From the NCBI GenBank assembly GCA_050246595.1, contig JBFWVT010000021.1, positions 822 to 64,821 on the forward strand: DNA of 64,000 bases, given 5' to 3'. The number at the start of each line of letters is the position of its first letter. Position 1 is the stretch's first letter. Under the pieces are notes generated by a model. The model made no database searches and was not told where the DNA came from. It saw only the letters and a program-made list of their open reading frames with translations. Positions 10,733-20,055 of this stretch are shown here, one piece after another. Source of the stretch: Alphaproteobacteria bacterium. Lineage in GTDB: Bacteria; Pseudomonadota; Alphaproteobacteria; ATCC43930; CGMCC-115725. A program made the translations under genes and the position numbers.

Positions 10733-11581
10733 TCAACGGAGTCTGGCCATGAGAAATCCGAACATCGCGACGCCGAGTAATAGGATCGAAGATGGTTCCG
10801 GAATATGTCGCGCTTTCAACTCGAATTCCCATTTCTGGATACCGCCGAAAAACGTTTCACAGCACGTAGCTAAAAGTCGATTCTCTATTAGCTTATCAGT
10901 ATGATCAAGGGGATGAAGTGCTTTATCAAGTTCACCATTGCCAGTGAAATCTTTCTTAACGTGTGAAAACGGGAAAGAAACACTCGCATCGACGTCGAGC
11001 GGTCCCCCTTCATTTCCATCTTTGGCGTGTTCGTTACCTTTAGGTTTCCGAACATGCTTGACCACCCCGTCTGCGTCGAGCTGACAGTTTTCAAAACCAC
11101 CACACGCTTCGAACGTGAACGTTAAGTCGTAAGTCCATGCATCTACGAATCCCGAACCGTCAAAGAACTGAGCCGTACCTTTGATTTGCGCCGCAAAATC
11201 ATCTTCGAACTCCGTGACGGCGAGAGGTTGTTTTAATAAAAAATCGAAAGTTGTATCCGTTGCGGTTATGGTTATCGACGGAGACGCTGTGTCAGTAGAA
11301 TAGAGAGGCGTATCGTTGAAATTATCCTTCTTCGCGCCGTCTCCAAAAATCCCTACCAATGTATTAGTAAGCCCGACAAGCTCGCCGGCGAGTGTAACCC
11401 CTCCCACAACCAGCTGAATAGGCATGGCATAAACAGACGATGCCGCCGCACAGGTCATCACTCCAATCACTCCAAGGCGAATCGCTTCTCTGCGTAAGGA
11501 GTAACTGGAGAATAGCATCAGGCGCGCGCACCTATCGCCAAACATGGAGCCAAAATTCGGTATTTGGAACGACGTAAGCAT
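10733..11581 (-). CDS. PEP-CTERM sorting-domain protein, otherwise uncharacterised (secreted); lies in a low-GC patch
   Basis: The C-terminus ...HIPEPSSILLLGVAMFGFLMARLR has a PEP motif, a hydrophobic helix and a basic tail. The likely true start is the internal Met at 11518, giving signal peptide MLFSSYSLRREAIRLGVIGVMTCAAASSVYA. Sampled 60-nt lines are 38-40% GC. Confidence 0.7.
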   Translation of the reverse strand: MLTSFQIPNFGSMFGDRCARLMLFSSYSLRREAIRLGVIGVMTCAAASSVYAMPIQLVVGGVTLAGELVGLTNTLVGIFGDGAKKDNFNDTPLYSTDTASPSITITATDTTFDFLLKQPLAVTEFEDDFAAQIKGTAQFFDGSGFVDAWTYDLTFTFEACGGFENCQLDADGVVKHVRKPKGNEHAKDGNEGGPLDVDASVSFPFSHVKKDFTGNGELDKALHPLDHTDKLIENRLLATCCETFFGGIQKWEFELKARHIPEPSSILLLGVAMFGFLMARLR

Positions 11582-11765
11582 CTCTCTGACTTCCCTATTG
11601 CGGTAGTTTTCTTATCGCATTTCAATACTCGCAGCTCGTACCCGGATGTCAGTGCCAGATGAACTCTGACCCAGCTCTGGCATTATCGCAGATGCGGTGT
11701 GTACAACGGGCCGAACAACGCGAATCCACCGTCTCGGAGTCGTATCGCGATGGGTTTCATTGCGC

Positions 11766-12911
11766 TCAGCCCATTTCGCGTCCTGTCAGCTTGTAACCGA
11801 AACCCATCAAGCCCGCGAGACCCGCGAGCAATAGTACCCAGGTCGGCGGCTCGGGCACGACGCTGATGTCGGTGACGAGAACCATGCACGCTCCCTTGTA
11901 GATGCCGCTTGCGATGCAATCGTTGGCATCGAGCGTGACCATTTCGTAATGCAGTTCGCCGATCGGGACGGGCAGGTTCGCATCGTTCGGATACGGTTCG
12001 CGGATATCGACGGGAAGGTAGGTGCCGGCCTCGTCGGCGTTGCGCTTGTCCGGATCGGCAAACCACAGCGTCCGGTCGGTCGAGTTCTTGCAGTCGGCAA
12101 CGCCCGCGCCGGTGGTGGCGTGAAAACTCGGCGCCCACCACGGTTCCGCCTCCCCCGGAGGGACAACCCCGCCGGGATACTCCCACCGCACCGTCACGTC
12201 CTGGCTCTTGCACAACTCGACCCGGTACGCATCGAACAGCGAAGCAAACTGCCCCGAGACATCCGTCTCCGGCAGCAGGTCGCCGGCGGCGTCCGCGTCC
12301 TGCTTCATGACCTTGCCGCTGTCGAGCGTGTATTGCGAGATCGTCAGATGGCGGCTCTTCGCGCCGGCGGCGGCCTCGTTTTCAAGGTCGCGGACATATT
12401 TCGGTATCGGGACCGGAGCGTTGCCCTCCAGGCCGAACACCTCGATGGCCATGTCCTCGATCGCATAGACCATCTGTTCCTGCCAGGTCTTGCCGGCGCC
12501 GTCCGGGCGGGTGAACAGACCGTTCCAGTCATAGCGTTTTTCGAGGAAGTAGAACGAATTGACAAAGGCGGTGATGCAGCACCAGCCGCCCCCATCCTCC
12601 CACCAGTCCGGCGTCATGGCATAGCTCGGGATCTGGTTGTTCGGCGGCTGCGGCGCGGCGTTGCCGAAATCCACATCGGCATCGTTCGGCACGTTGACGG
12701 TGGGACCGGCCTTCTGGTGCTGGTAGAAATCGGGCAGAAAGGGTTTGAAAAAGGGCAGCGCCTGCGCCGGATACGCCGCCAGCCCCCAGCAGAACAGACA
12801 GAAAACCCAGACCGGGACCCGGTGGCTTGCAGCAAGCCCGGCTCTGTCGGCACCTCCCCGAAAGGCGAGGAGCATGCCCGTCTCCGATCGAACATCCCTG
12901 CGTTTCGACAT
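11766..12911 (-). CDS. PEP-CTERM sorting-domain protein, uncharacterised (secreted)
   Basis: 381 aa with a signal peptide (...VWVFCLFCWGLAAYPAQA). The C-terminus VVPEPPTWVLLLAGLAGLMGFGYKLTGREMG has a PEP motif, TM helix and basic residues. Confidence 0.7.
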   Translation of the reverse strand: MSKRRDVRSETGMLLAFRGGADRAGLAASHRVPVWVFCLFCWGLAAYPAQALPFFKPFLPDFYQHQKAGPTVNVPNDADVDFGNAAPQPPNNQIPSYAMTPDWWEDGGGWCCITAFVNSFYFLEKRYDWNGLFTRPDGAGKTWQEQMVYAIEDMAIEVFGLEGNAPVPIPKYVRDLENEAAAGAKSRHLTISQYTLDSGKVMKQDADAAGDLLPETDVSGQFASLFDAYRVELCKSQDVTVRWEYPGGVVPPGEAEPWWAPSFHATTGAGVADCKNSTDRTLWFADPDKRNADEAGTYLPVDIREPYPNDANLPVPIGELHYEMVTLDANDCIASGIYKGACMVLVTDISVVPEPPTWVLLLAGLAGLMGFGYKLTGREMG

Positions 12912-12992
12912 CTGTCAGCCTCCCCGGTTTCTTGGGGGACGGTTTTCCGTCCCGGTGATCGGCAGGGTCCGATTTCTGATGCTTTTCGGTAA

Positions 12993-13021
12993 ATGATATA
13001 GCCTTTGGACGATCTTGACAA
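12993..13021 (-). promoter_or_regulatory. Putative sigma70-type promoter for the 11766..12911 gene
   Basis: The minus strand reads TTGTCA-N17-TATCAT about 80 nt upstream of ATG 12911. Hairpin GGGACGG-TTTT-CCGTCCC (12936-12953) lies in the predicted leader. Confidence 0.3.
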
Positions 13022-13108
13022 TAGCGCTCACCTCTACCGCGAGCGGCTGCGCTTCCGGGCCATCCTTGCCGGACTTGTCTAGTCGTGTCCTCGGCGTCCC
13101 CGCCGCCG

Positions 13109-13344
13109 ACGCAAAAATCGCCGCATTTGTCTGTCATGCTGCGCACTCGGGGAGGGAAAGACGGTATGACAATCCGGGGCGGCGGTTTCGCGAAATTCCC
13201 TGCGGGAGCGCTCCCATTTCCTGCTCGCGCGTTCCCCGTTCCCTGTTCCGGGCCGCGGGAATTGCCGCGCAAGCCCTTCGTCCTTAAAGCGGAATCGGCG
13301 CCGGCGGGCGGCGGACCGCAAAAATTCCCTGCCAGCAGGGAATT
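13109..13344 (-). repeat. MITE-like dispersed repeat, copy A (~235 bp)
   Basis: Its reverse complement begins AATTCCCTGCTGGCAGGGAATTTTTGCGG (an internal palindrome), contains CCCGGAACAGGGAA, and ends TGCGGCGATTTTTGCGT. Copy B at 26921-27149 has the same modules in the same order. Confidence 0.6.
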
Positions 13345-13359
13345 CGCGGCCCGCGGCCC

Positions 13360-14715
13360 CTACCGCCCGGTCCGCGGCGCGCCCAGCAGATCGAGCGCGG
13401 CGTTGAGCTGGGCGTCCTGGGCCGTGCCGAGCACCTTCGGGTTGATCGGGCGGTCCTCGTCGGCGATGCGGCGGCGCGGCGCGGTCGGCCCCCCATTCGC
13501 ATTCGGAGCCAGGGCGCCGGCCGCCTTCAGCGCCCCCGACAGATCGCTCTCGTAGGTGATCATCGCGTTCGCGACCTGCGCCTCCTTCGGCACGGTCACG
13601 ACCCGGTCCGGCGTTATGCCCTGCCCCTGGATCGAGTTGCCGGACGGCGTGTAGTACAGCGCCGTCGTCAACCGCAGCGCGCCGTTGCCCTGGATCGGGA
13701 TGATGCTCTGCACCGATCCCTTGCCGAAGCTGCGGGTGCCGAGGATCGTCGCGCGCCGATTGTCCTGCAATGCCCCGGCCACGATCTCCGCCGCCGAGGC
13801 CGAAGCGCCGTTGATCAGCACGATCATCGGCGTCCCGCGGAGCTGGTCGCCGTTCGGCATCGCTTCGAACACCCGGTTTTCGTCCGGGCGGCGCCCGCGC
13901 GTCGAGACAATCGTCCCGGAATCGAGAAAACCGGCGGCAACCTCGACCGAGGAATCGAGCAGCCCGCCGGCATCGTTGCGCAGATCGAGCACGAGCCCGG
14001 CCAGCCTTCCGCCGGCCTGTTGCCGCAATCGCGCCAGCGCCGCGCGCAGCGCCGCCGGCGTGTTCTCGTTGAAGGTCGTGATGCGGATATAGGGGGTACG
14101 GCCGGGCTTCAGCGCCGATTTGACCGAGTCGACATGGATTACGGCGCGCGTGATCGGCACGTCAAATGACGGCCGGTTGGCCCGCGCGATCGTCAGCACA
14201 ACCGGGGTTCCGGGGCTGCCGCGCAGCCGCCGCACGACCTCCGAGACATCCAATCCGATGATCGGTTCGCCATTCGCCTTGACGATCCGGTCGCCGGGTT
14301 CGACGCCGGCCGCCGCCGCCGGGGTGCCCTCGATCGCGGCGATCACCTGCGGCACGCCGTTCTCGACCGATATCTCGATGCCGACCCCGCCAAACGCGCC
14401 CGAGGTCGTCGCCAGCAGCTCCTGGTACTCGCGTTCGTCCATGTAATCGGAATGCGGATCGAGCCGGGTCATCATCCCCTTCAGCGCATTGTCGACAAGC
14501 TTTTCGGATCGGACCGGCACGACATAGTTCTTTTCGATCTGCTGCATCGCCCGGTTGATCAGGGCAAGGTCGCCGGCGGCTTGGGGACTGCCCGGCACCG
14601 TGCCGCAGCCGGCCGTCGTCAGCGCGAGACACAGAACAACCGTGAGGCCGAGCGGCTTGACCGCGGAAAGGCGGTCGGCGCGCCGCCGCTGCGTGCAACC
14701 GTCCGGCGCGATCAT
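13360..14715 (-). CDS. ctpA: C-terminal processing (tail-specific) peptidase, family S41, lipoprotein-type signal
   Basis: Start at ATG 14715 (MIAPDG...LGLTVVLCLALTTAGCG lipobox). PDZ domain. S41 motifs GASASAAEIVAGALQD and FGKGSVQ. The ATG overlaps the maiA stop (ATGA). Confidence 0.85.
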   Translation of the reverse strand: MIAPDGCTQRRRADRLSAVKPLGLTVVLCLALTTAGCGTVPGSPQAAGDLALINRAMQQIEKNYVVPVRSEKLVDNALKGMMTRLDPHSDYMDEREYQELLATTSGAFGGVGIEISVENGVPQVIAAIEGTPAAAAGVEPGDRIVKANGEPIIGLDVSEVVRRLRGSPGTPVVLTIARANRPSFDVPITRAVIHVDSVKSALKPGRTPYIRITTFNENTPAALRAALARLRQQAGGRLAGLVLDLRNDAGGLLDSSVEVAAGFLDSGTIVSTRGRRPDENRVFEAMPNGDQLRGTPMIVLINGASASAAEIVAGALQDNRRATILGTRSFGKGSVQSIIPIQGNGALRLTTALYYTPSGNSIQGQGITPDRVVTVPKEAQVANAMITYESDLSGALKAAGALAPNANGGPTAPRRRIADEDRPINPKVLGTAQDAQLNAALDLLGAPRTGR

Positions 14716-15353
14716 GGTTCGAAATCGGGTTGCCGCTCCGGGCGCGCGGCGGTGAAGGTGTCGAGCGTCATGCAAGCCTCGAAAATCCTTGTGATTGTCG
14801 GGTAGGACGCGAGATCGAGCCGGTAGCGTTCGGCGTTGACGACCTGCGGCACCAGCGCGATATCCGCCAGCCCCGGCGCGTCGCCATGGCAGAACCGGCC
14901 GGTGCGGCTGTCGGCCGCCAGCAATGCCTCGATCGCGCTGAAGCCTTCCGCGATCCAGTGGTTGTACCAGGCCGCAAGCGCCGCCTCGTCCTGCCCGAGC
15001 GTGCGGTGCAGATAGCGTAAGATGCGCAGATTATTGAGCGGATGGATGTCGCAGGCGACGATCGCGGCCAACGCGCGCACCCGCGCCCGGCCGGCGGCAT
15101 CGCGCGGCAGCAGCGGCGGCTCGGGGTATGTCTCGTCGAGATACTCGATGATCGGCAGCGACTGGATCAGCACCCGCCCGTTGTCGTCCAGCGCCGGTAC
15201 AAGGCCCTGCGGGTTGACACCGAGGAATTTGGGGCGGCGCTGGTCCCCCCGCCGCAAATGTACGGGGACGCTTTCATAAGCGAGCCTTTTCAGGTTCAGC
15301 GCGATGCGCACGCGGAACGCGGCGGAAGAGCGGAAATAGCCGTGGAGCTTCAT
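14712..15353 (-). CDS. maiA: Maleylacetoacetate isomerase / zeta-class glutathione S-transferase
   Basis: Start at ATG 15353 (MKLHGYFRSSAAFRVRIALNLK, the zeta-GST signature), 213 aa. The ORF-track start at 15437 is an extension. Confidence 0.8.
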   Translation of the reverse strand: MKLHGYFRSSAAFRVRIALNLKRLAYESVPVHLRRGDQRRPKFLGVNPQGLVPALDDNGRVLIQSLPIIEYLDETYPEPPLLPRDAAGRARVRALAAIVACDIHPLNNLRILRYLHRTLGQDEAALAAWYNHWIAEGFSAIEALLAADSRTGRFCHGDAPGLADIALVPQVVNAERYRLDLASYPTITRIFEACMTLDTFTAARPERQPDFEP

Positions 15354-15514
15354 GCGAAGACCTGTCGACGAGGCGGCGTTGCATAAGGTTATCCGCTCGT
15401 CCGGGGGGCGGGGAAGCCCGCCGCTTAACGGCACCACGCCGGATCAGCGTCTTGCATCGCTCGCCAATTTGCGCAGCCTTGTCCCCCGGCAGAGGAGAGC
15501 GCGGAGGCAGGTAC

Positions 15515-16453
15515 ATGGCGGCGTTTCCAAAAACGGGATGGGGACTGGGCCTATGGACCGCGGCGCTGCTGATAGCGCTGCTCGGCGGCGGCCCGGTGAC
15601 GCATGCGCAGCAGAACACGGCCGAAGAGGCGGCGCGCCGGCAAGCGGCATTGGCCGCACTGCCGCAGGATGCCGCACGCCGGGTCTTCGGGCTGGCCGCG
15701 ACCCCGGCGCCGGGGCCGGGACAGCCGATCGGCTCTTATTCCAAAGGCTGTCTGGCCGGCGGGGTCGAGATGCCGGCCGATGGCCCGAACTGGCAGGTGA
15801 TGCGCCCGTCGCGCAACCGTGCCTGGGGTCATCCGGCGCTGATCGCATTTCTGCAGCGGCTGGCTTCCGCCGGCGAAGCGGCCGGATGGCGCGGTCTGCT
15901 GGTGGGCGACCTGGCGCAGCCGCGCGGCGGGCCGATGTTGACCGGGCATGCTTCGCACCAGCTCGGCATCGAGGCCGATATCTGGCTGACCCCGATGCCG
16001 GACCGGCGTCTGACCCCGGAGGAACGCAATGAAATATCGGCGACCAATGTCGTCGCCGAAAACGGCCAGGATATCGATCCGGCCGTGTGGCGGCCCGAGC
16101 ACCGCAAGCTGCTCGAACGGGCGGCGCGCGATCCCGCCGTGGACCGCATGTTTGTCAATCCGGCGATCAAGCGCGCGCTGTGCCGCGAAGCCACCGGCGA
16201 CCGGCAGTGGCTGCGCCGCATCCGGCCCTGGTACGGGCACAATTACCATTTCCACGTCCGCCTGGCCTGCCCTACCGGCGCAGCGCAGTGCCGCAGCCAG
16301 GCGCCACTGCCGCCCGGCGACGGCTGCGGCGCCGACCTCGCCTGGTGGTTCACCCCGGAAGCCAGGGCTCCTCAACCGATCCAGCCGACCCGACCGCTGC
16401 TGGTCTCGGAAATGCCGCAGGCCTGCACCGCCCTTGTTATGCCGGCCCGCTAG
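15515..16453 (+). CDS. mepA: Penicillin-insensitive murein DD-endopeptidase (MepA family, LAS metallopeptidase)
   Basis: Start at ATG 15515 with GGAGG 7 nt upstream, followed by a signal peptide. Motifs GHASHQLGIEADIWL and YGHNYHFHVRLACP. Confidence 0.85.
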   Translation: MAAFPKTGWGLGLWTAALLIALLGGGPVTHAQQNTAEEAARRQAALAALPQDAARRVFGLAATPAPGPGQPIGSYSKGCLAGGVEMPADGPNWQVMRPSRNRAWGHPALIAFLQRLASAGEAAGWRGLLVGDLAQPRGGPMLTGHASHQLGIEADIWLTPMPDRRLTPEERNEISATNVVAENGQDIDPAVWRPEHRKLLERAARDPAVDRMFVNPAIKRALCREATGDRQWLRRIRPWYGHNYHFHVRLACPTGAAQCRSQAPLPPGDGCGADLAWWFTPEARAPQPIQPTRPLLVSEMPQACTALVMPAR

Positions 16454-16680
16454 ACGGTCCCGCTTTTCGAGGTTCATCCCTTCCAGAGGAAAGCTAGGGG
16501 TGTAAGGCCCCGGCGTCCCGCCGTCCGGGCAGCGCGGTTTTGCCTGGCTTGGCCCAATAGCGGGGGTGTGACCCTCCCGCGGAGAGTTGCCCAGTGCGCC
16601 CGAAATGAGCGATAGCTTCTCAGGACACGAGCCGCCGAAGACGCTTTCAGCGGCTTGGAGTTACAAAAGGGAGGAGCTTT

Positions 16681-18285
16681 ATGAAGCCATTCGGACAGGG
16701 CCTCGCGATCGCGGGCCTGTCGCTGTTCGCGCTGATAGTCGCCGGTCCGGCCATCGCGCAAAAATCCGGCGGCGTGCTCGAGGTTCAGCATTTCGACAGC
16801 CCGGCGAGCATGTCGATCCACGAGGAATCGACGCGCGCGACGCTGCAACCGATGATGGCGGTGTTCAACAACCTGGTCATGTACGACCACAACGTCAAAC
16901 AGAACCGCCTGGACACGATCGTGCCCGATCTTGCCACGAGCTGGAGTTGGAGCGAGGACGGCAAGGAGCTGACCTTCAAGCTGCGCGAGGGCGTCAAGTG
17001 GCATGACGGCAAGCCGTTCACCTCGGCCGATGTCAAATGCACCTGGGACCTGCTGATGGCGAAGGGGCAAGACAAGCTGCGGGTCAATCCGCGCAAATCC
17101 TGGTATCAGAACGTCGAGGCCGTGAAACCGAACGGCAACTTCGAAATCGCTTTCCAGCTGAAGCAGCCGCAACCGGCGCTGCTCGCGCTGCTCGCCTCGG
17201 GCTGGTCGCCGATCTATCCGTGCCACGTCCCGGCGCGCGAGATGCGCCAGCATCCAATCGGTACCGGACCGTACAAATTTGTCGAATTCAAGCCGAACCA
17301 ATACATCAAGGTCACCAAGAACCCCGATTATTGGAAAAAGGGCCGACCCTATCTCGACGGCATCGATTTCACGATCATGCGCGAGAGAGGACCCCGCAAT
17401 TTGGCCTTTTTCGCCGGCGGTTACGATGTCGGCTCGGTATTCGGCGTGACCCCGCCTGAGCTCGCGGACTTCAAGGCGCAGGCGCCGAACGCGATCTGCG
17501 AACGAACCTCGGTCAATGTGCCGCGCACGATGCTGATCAACACCCACAAACCTCCATTCGACAATCCCGAACTGCGCAGGGCGATGACCTTGGCGATCGA
17601 CCGCGACGCGTTCTCGACGATCATCAACGGCGGCGAGAAGAATGTCGGCGCGCTGATGCTACCGCCGCCAAGCGGTGTCTGGGGCATGCCGGAAGATAAG
17701 CTGAGAACGCTGCCGGGCTACAATCCCGATGTCGAGAAGAACCGCGCCGAAGCCCGCGCAATCCTAAAAAAGCTGGGCTACGGGCCGGACAACCCGCTGC
17801 GCACAACGATCGCGACGCGCAACATTCCGTCCTGGCGCGATCCGGCGGTGCTCTTGAATGCGCATCTGAAGGAGATTGGAATTGAGACCGAGATCGAGAT
17901 CATCGATACGTCTCAGTGGTATCCGAAGATCAACCGCAAGGACTTCACAATCGGCGCGGCGCCGATCGAGGCGGGCGTCGATGATCCGGACCAGATGTTT
18001 TACGAGAACTTCTACAGCGGGGCATTGCGCAATTATTCGGGCATCAGCGATCCCGAACTCGACAAGCTGATCGACAAGCAGTCGATGGGAACGAATCCCG
18101 AGAAGCGCATGCAGATCGTGTGGGAGATCGAACGCAAGCTGGCCGAGGCGGCGGTGCGTCCGGTGCTGTTCTTCCCGGTCGGTTACAGCTGCTTTCAGCC
18201 CTGGGTCAAGAACCTGAATATCATGGCCAACAGCATCTACAACGGCTGGCGCATGGAAGACGTCTGGCTCGACAAGAAGAGCTGA
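16681..18285 (+). CDS. ABC transporter substrate-binding protein, family 5 (peptide/nickel/opine type)
   Basis: 534 aa. Signal peptide MKPFGQGLAIAGLSLFALIVAGPAIA. Motifs VKWHDGKPFTSADVKCTWD and PDYWKKGRPYLDGI. First gene of the transporter operon. Confidence 0.9.
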   Translation: MKPFGQGLAIAGLSLFALIVAGPAIAQKSGGVLEVQHFDSPASMSIHEESTRATLQPMMAVFNNLVMYDHNVKQNRLDTIVPDLATSWSWSEDGKELTFKLREGVKWHDGKPFTSADVKCTWDLLMAKGQDKLRVNPRKSWYQNVEAVKPNGNFEIAFQLKQPQPALLALLASGWSPIYPCHVPAREMRQHPIGTGPYKFVEFKPNQYIKVTKNPDYWKKGRPYLDGIDFTIMRERGPRNLAFFAGGYDVGSVFGVTPPELADFKAQAPNAICERTSVNVPRTMLINTHKPPFDNPELRRAMTLAIDRDAFSTIINGGEKNVGALMLPPPSGVWGMPEDKLRTLPGYNPDVEKNRAEARAILKKLGYGPDNPLRTTIATRNIPSWRDPAVLLNAHLKEIGIETEIEIIDTSQWYPKINRKDFTIGAAPIEAGVDDPDQMFYENFYSGALRNYSGISDPELDKLIDKQSMGTNPEKRMQIVWEIERKLAEAAVRPVLFFPVGYSCFQPWVKNLNIMANSIYNGWRMEDVWLDKKS

Positions 18286-18456
18286 CCGCCGCCGGCGCTC
18301 GGCGGCAGGCAAGTCGGCTCTGCCGCCGAGAGCCGGCCCGTGTTAGGCTGACGGGCAAGGGCAGCTGGAAACCGGACGACAAGTCCGGCGGAAAACAAGG
18401 GGGCTGACGCCAGTTCGAGCGTTCTCGAATTGGCGCGATCGAAGGGAGGAGGAACC

Positions 18457-20055
18457 ATGAGGCGGTTTGCTCGCACCGTGACCACGGCCGGTACGCTGCT
18501 GATCGGACTCGCTGTCGGCGATCCGAGTTTGGCGCAAAAATCGGGCGGCACGCTGCGGATGCCGCTGATCACCAGCCCGGCGAGCATGTCGATCCACGAG
18601 GAATCGACGATCGCGACGCTCGGCCCGATGATGGGCGTGTTCAACAATCTGGTCATGTTCGACCAGCATGTGCCGCAGAACAGCCTTTCGTCGATTGTCC
18701 CCGATTTGGCCGAGACCTGGAGCGTCAGCGAGGACGGCAAGGCGCTGACCTTCAAGCTGCGCCAGGGGGTCAAATGGCATGACGGCAAGCCGTTCACGGC
18801 CAACGACGTCAAATGCACTTGGGAGACAATCGCCGGAAACGCGCCGGAGAAGTTTCGGGTCAACCCGCGCAAATCATGGTACCGCAACCTGGAGTCGATC
18901 ACAGTTGACAGCGATCACCAGGTCACGTTCAACCTGCAACGCCCACAGCCCTCGTTTATCGCGCTGCTCGCCTCGGGCTGGTCGCCGGTCTATCCGTGCC
19001 ATGTATCGCCGGCGCAGATGCGGCGCCATCCGATCGGCACCGGTCCGTTCAAATTCGTCGAATTCAAGCCGAACGAGGCGATCAAGGTCGTTCGCAACCC
19101 GGGTTACTGGAAAAAAGGGCGACCCTACCTCGATGCGATCGAATACACGTACATGGCCAATCCCTCGACCGCGATCCTGGCCTTTGCCGCCGGCAATTTC
19201 GACCGATACGCGCAAGGAATTCTATCGATCCCGTTGATGAAGCAGCTGAAGGCGCAGTCGCCGAATGCGATCTGCGAGGTGGTGCCATGGAACATTCCGC
19301 GCCAGCTGCTCGTCAATCCCAGCAAGCCGCCGTTCAACAATCCCGAACTGCGCCGCGCCGTCGGTCTGGCCCTCGACCGGCAGGCATTCATCAACATCAT
19401 CGGGGACGGCGAAGGCTCGGTCGGCGGGGCGATGATGCCGCCGCCGGCGGGCAGCTGGGGCATGCCGCCGGGGGCGCTATACCAGCTGCCGGGCTACGGG
19501 CCGGACCTCAGGAAGAACCGCGACGAGGCTCGCGAGATCATGAAGAAGCACGGCTACGGGCCGGACAAGCGGCTGTCAATTGCGGTAACCACGCGAAACA
19601 CGCCGGCCTATCGCGACCCCGCGGTGCTGCTGATCGATCAGCTGAAGGAGGCCTATATCGACGCGACGCTGAACGCGATCGATACGGCGCAATGGTACCC
19701 GACCGTCATGCGGAAGGATTACGTAATCGGATTGACGGTTAGCGAGAACGGCCTCGACGATCCGGATCAGCAATTCTATGAGAATTTCGTGTGCGGCGCC
19801 GAGCGCAACTACACGGGATATTGCAACGCCGAGGTCGACAAGCTGATCGACCAGCAATCGATGGAGACCGACACCAAAAAACGCCGCGCGATTGTCTGGG
19901 AGATTGAGCGTCGACTAGCACAGGACGGCGCGCGGCCGGCGATCTTCTATCCGGTCTCGGCGGCGTGCTGGCAACCCTATTTCAAGGGCCATGCGATGAT
20001 GGTCAATGGCAACTACAACGGTTGGCGTCTGGAGGACGCTTGGCTCGACCGATAG
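18457..20055 (+). CDS. ABC transporter substrate-binding protein, family 5 (tandem paralog)
   Basis: Start at ATG 18457 after GGGAGGAGG. It shares blocks with the preceding gene (SPASMSIHEEST, VKWHDGKPFTANDVKCTWE, GYWKKGRPYLDAI). Confidence 0.9.
   Translation: MRRFARTVTTAGTLLIGLAVGDPSLAQKSGGTLRMPLITSPASMSIHEESTIATLGPMMGVFNNLVMFDQHVPQNSLSSIVPDLAETWSVSEDGKALTFKLRQGVKWHDGKPFTANDVKCTWETIAGNAPEKFRVNPRKSWYRNLESITVDSDHQVTFNLQRPQPSFIALLASGWSPVYPCHVSPAQMRRHPIGTGPFKFVEFKPNEAIKVVRNPGYWKKGRPYLDAIEYTYMANPSTAILAFAAGNFDRYAQGILSIPLMKQLKAQSPNAICEVVPWNIPRQLLVNPSKPPFNNPELRRAVGLALDRQAFINIIGDGEGSVGGAMMPPPAGSWGMPPGALYQLPGYGPDLRKNRDEAREIMKKHGYGPDKRLSIAVTTRNTPAYRDPAVLLIDQLKEAYIDATLNAIDTAQWYPTVMRKDYVIGLTVSENGLDDPDQQFYENFVCGAERNYTGYCNAEVDKLIDQQSMETDTKKRRAIVWEIERRLAQDGARPAIFYPVSAACWQPYFKGHAMMVNGNYNGWRLEDAWLDR

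Noticed and set aside
11640-11660. TGGCAC on the minus strand upstream of the low-GC PEP-CTERM gene, as a sigma-54 -24 box (PrsK/PrsR-type control)
   Set aside because: The required -12 element (TTGC, 4-5 nt further on) is absent; the sequence reads TGGCACTGACATCCGG.
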